A stretch of DNA of 63,992 nt, filler included, from Diploschistes diacapsis (lineage: Eukaryota): assembly GCA_023645945.1 (NCBI GenBank). It is 5 parts of 5 records of this genome, joined end to end, with 100 filler letters (N's around TTAATTAATTAA, not from the genome) between each part and the next. Parts side by side here need not be neighbours in the genome. Positions count along the whole stretch, not along the records: positions 52,572 to 63,992 come from JALAIB010000833.1; 4 more parts are not named here. One strand, written 5' to 3'. The notes under the pieces were generated by a model. That model saw only the letters and a list, made by a program, of their open reading frames with translations, searched no databases and was not told where the DNA came from. The position numbers and the translations under genes are program-made. Positions within the stretch are counted from its first letter, which is position 1; each line of letters starts with the position of its first letter. Shown here one piece after another: positions 61,701-63,992 of the stretch.

Positions 61701-63992
61701 ATGGGCAGCGGCAAGAAAGAAGCCGCCCGCCGGGAGCGGCAGGGCAAGACATCAGACGGCATGGGCAATATAAAAGTTAAAGGGGAGAACTTTTACCGGT
61801 GAGGACAGTCATTGCTTCTTTCCGATACTCCAGATTGCCTCTAAATTTATCTAGATCTGCCAAGCGCGTCAAAGCCCTCTCCATCCATAAAGAGGTCAAG
61901 CCTCAGCGTAATGCCGCTGGCAAGATCACCCAAGCTGCTCCCTACCAGTCCCAAGATGTTCCCAAGGCACGTGTTGAGCCCAATCGAAAATGGTTCGGCA
62001 ACACGCGTGTGATATCGCAAGATGCCCTGCAGAACTTCCGTACGGCCATGGCCGAAAAAATGAAGAATCCTTATGAAATGTAGGGATTAAGAAGGCGTAC
62101 AGGGGGTCAGTGCTGATCTCCAGGCTCGCAGACTCCTCAAAAGTAATAAATTACCTCTAAGCCTCATAAGAGATGGAGAAGGGAAGAATGGGATTCAAGA
62201 ACATGCAGCGAAGATAGCGGTCGAAAGTGCGCCGTTCAGGGATACCTTCGGGCCAAGAGCGCAGAGAAAACGGGTGAAGATGACTGTTGCTAGTATGGAA
62301 GAGCTAGCTGGGGAGACGGTGAAGTTAGAGGAATTGTACCAAGACAAGCTCGAGCAGGCAAGGATATTGAATGGGACAGCAGGGGAGGAAGAGAGAGGTG
62401 GAGAGGATGTCGAAGAGGAGAGCACCCTGACGACAGCGAGAGAGCCTATTTTTTCTAAGGGGCGGAGTAAGAGGATCTTCAATGAGCTGTATGGGTGGTT
62501 GTACAAGGACTCGACAACATAAGCTGAAGCGTTCACAGGTACAAGGTTATCGACTCTTCGGATGTCGTACTAGAGGTTCTCGACGCCCGCGATCCATTAG
62601 GCACTCGCTGTAGAAGCGTTGAGAAGTACATGAGGTAAGCTCTTGGGTTTTTGGTTGGTCGTAGGTTGCTAATCTGGGATCAGAGAAGAGGCTCCCCACA
62701 AGCATCTTGTATTTGTACTCAACAAAACCGATCTAGTACCGACTAGTGTTGCTGTGAGTCTTGATTTTCCTTCCCCTTTCCATACAATACAACCTCCATT
62801 GTTCAGTCAAGGCTCCTTCCATGCACCAGTTGCACTTATTCAGTGGAGGGTCGTCTGTTACGACTTTGGTACATCAACCTCGTCCCAATTACTCTTGATC
62901 ACAATCTCGAGCCGATTGCTGTCGTCTTGGCACGTCAATCTCCTGAGGACGAGGATGTTTCGCTTGAGTAGAAGCCGCCCACCGCTGCACCGGTAGCGGA
63001 TAGATGGAATGGCTTCTTAGTAGCGTTTCGTACACTATATTCTCTGTGAACCTACTTACTCATTTCCACCACCCAATGCTCCAGGCACTTCTTCTAATTG
63101 TCTCCAGGCTTCCTGGGTGCGCTTGCTATCTCGCGAACACCCCACTCTTGCTTTTCACTCCAGCCTTACCAATTCGTAAGGCTTAAAAGCTCCCTGTCCC
63201 TAAATCGCTATGCTCACATATGGACAGATTCGGCAAGGGAACTCTGATAAGTTTGCTGCGCCAATTCTCCTCCCTTGTAAGACTCCCCACTTCCAGATTT
63301 GCGCCCCTCTTACATTCCCCAAAATATAAGTACAACAATGATTGACAGCCATTCCTAGCATTCAAACCGCCACCAAATCTCAGTCGGCTTGATAGGCTAT
63401 CCCAGCGTGGGTAAGAGCTCCCTGATTAACACTCTGAAAGGCAAGAAAGTCTGCACCGTCGCTCCCATACCTGGAGAAACCAAGGTGTGGCAATACAGTA
63501 AGAACCACCATACTCCAACAAATCCCCTAATAACAAGAGCTAATCTCCAATAGTAACCTTGATGAAGCGCATCTACCTCATCGACTGCCCAGGCATCGTG
63601 CCGCCCAGCGCGACAGACAGCGACGAAGAGCTGCTGCTGCGGGGCGTCGTGAGGGTCGAGAACGTGAAGAACCCAGAGCAGTACATCGCTGCAGTATTGA
63701 AGCGGGTCAAACGGGTCTATCTCGAACGGACCTACGGTATCAGCGGGTGGACAGCGCCCGAAGTCCTATTTTCCGCCGAGGGAGGGCAAGAAAAGAGAGA
63801 CACAAGGGCCGAAGCGACCGCCTTTCTGGAGACGCTAGCCCGCAAGGGAGGCCGGCTGTTGAAGGGCGGCGAGCCGGACCTGGACGGCGTAGCGAGGATG
63901 GTGCTCCATGACTACCTTCGGGGTCGTTTGCCGTGGTTTGTACCGCCGTCGCCGTCGCCGTCTTCGAAAGCGGAGGGTGGGGGGGATAAGGG
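61701..63992 (+). CDS. NOG2: Nucleolar GTPase Nog2, multi-exon, truncated at the window end
   Basis: [54 protein letters not shown] and DCPG. Confidence 0.95.
62800..63037 (+). ncRNA. Probable intronic H/ACA snoRNA (snR191/U19-like) in the long NOG2 intron 62754-63107
   Basis: The intron is 354 nt versus about 50 nt for the others. Candidate H box ACATCA (62871-76), stems CCTCGTCC/GGACGAGG and CGCT..AGAAGCC/GGCTTCT..AGCG, and ACA at 63032-34. The S. cerevisiae NOG2 intron hosts snR191. Ends are approximate. Confidence 0.7.

Noticed and set aside
1..63992. CRISPR arrays, rRNA genes, complete tRNAs, telomeric repeats
   Set aside because: None seen by eye. The DNA is eukaryotic, with no repeat-spacer periodicity or TTAGGG tracts.

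Overview
This is eukaryotic, filamentous-ascomycete (Pezizomycotina-type) DNA with short GT-AG introns and CTRAY branch points. It is not one locus. Five unrelated contigs (1-13057, 13158-26203, 26304-39342, 39443-52471, 52572-63992) are joined by artificial 100-bp N44-TTAATTAATTAA-N44 linkers. Recognisable genes are a MIT-domain protein, a DNMT5-type C5-methyltransferase/SNF2 fusion, GAL7, nudF/LIS1, STU2/XMAP215, MSO1, CWH41, CDC34, a UIM/Rup1-like protein, an LPLAT acyltransferase, POS5, an Ama1/Cdc20-family APC/C activator, a CorA-like protein, BUD23, IDH1, BEM46, PRE3, a Pho80-family cyclin, probable mS26, and NOG2 with a probable intronic H/ACA snoRNA. Four observations stand out. (1) A tandem array of about 8 highly diverged small paralogous genes and pseudogenes at 44.3-50.7 kb; each has an ATG-only first exon, so the ORF track does not show the gene models. 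(2) An apparent U2-type AT-AC intron that controls access to the WD40 domain of the APC/C activator. (3) A 57-aa internal duplication in DNMT5. (4) An accessory island with an Mx/dynamin pseudogene, a PD-(D/E)XK-like gene and a tRNA fragment. RIP-like transposon relics and a small dispersed inverted-repeat element are also present. All calls come from reading the sequence by eye; no searches were run.
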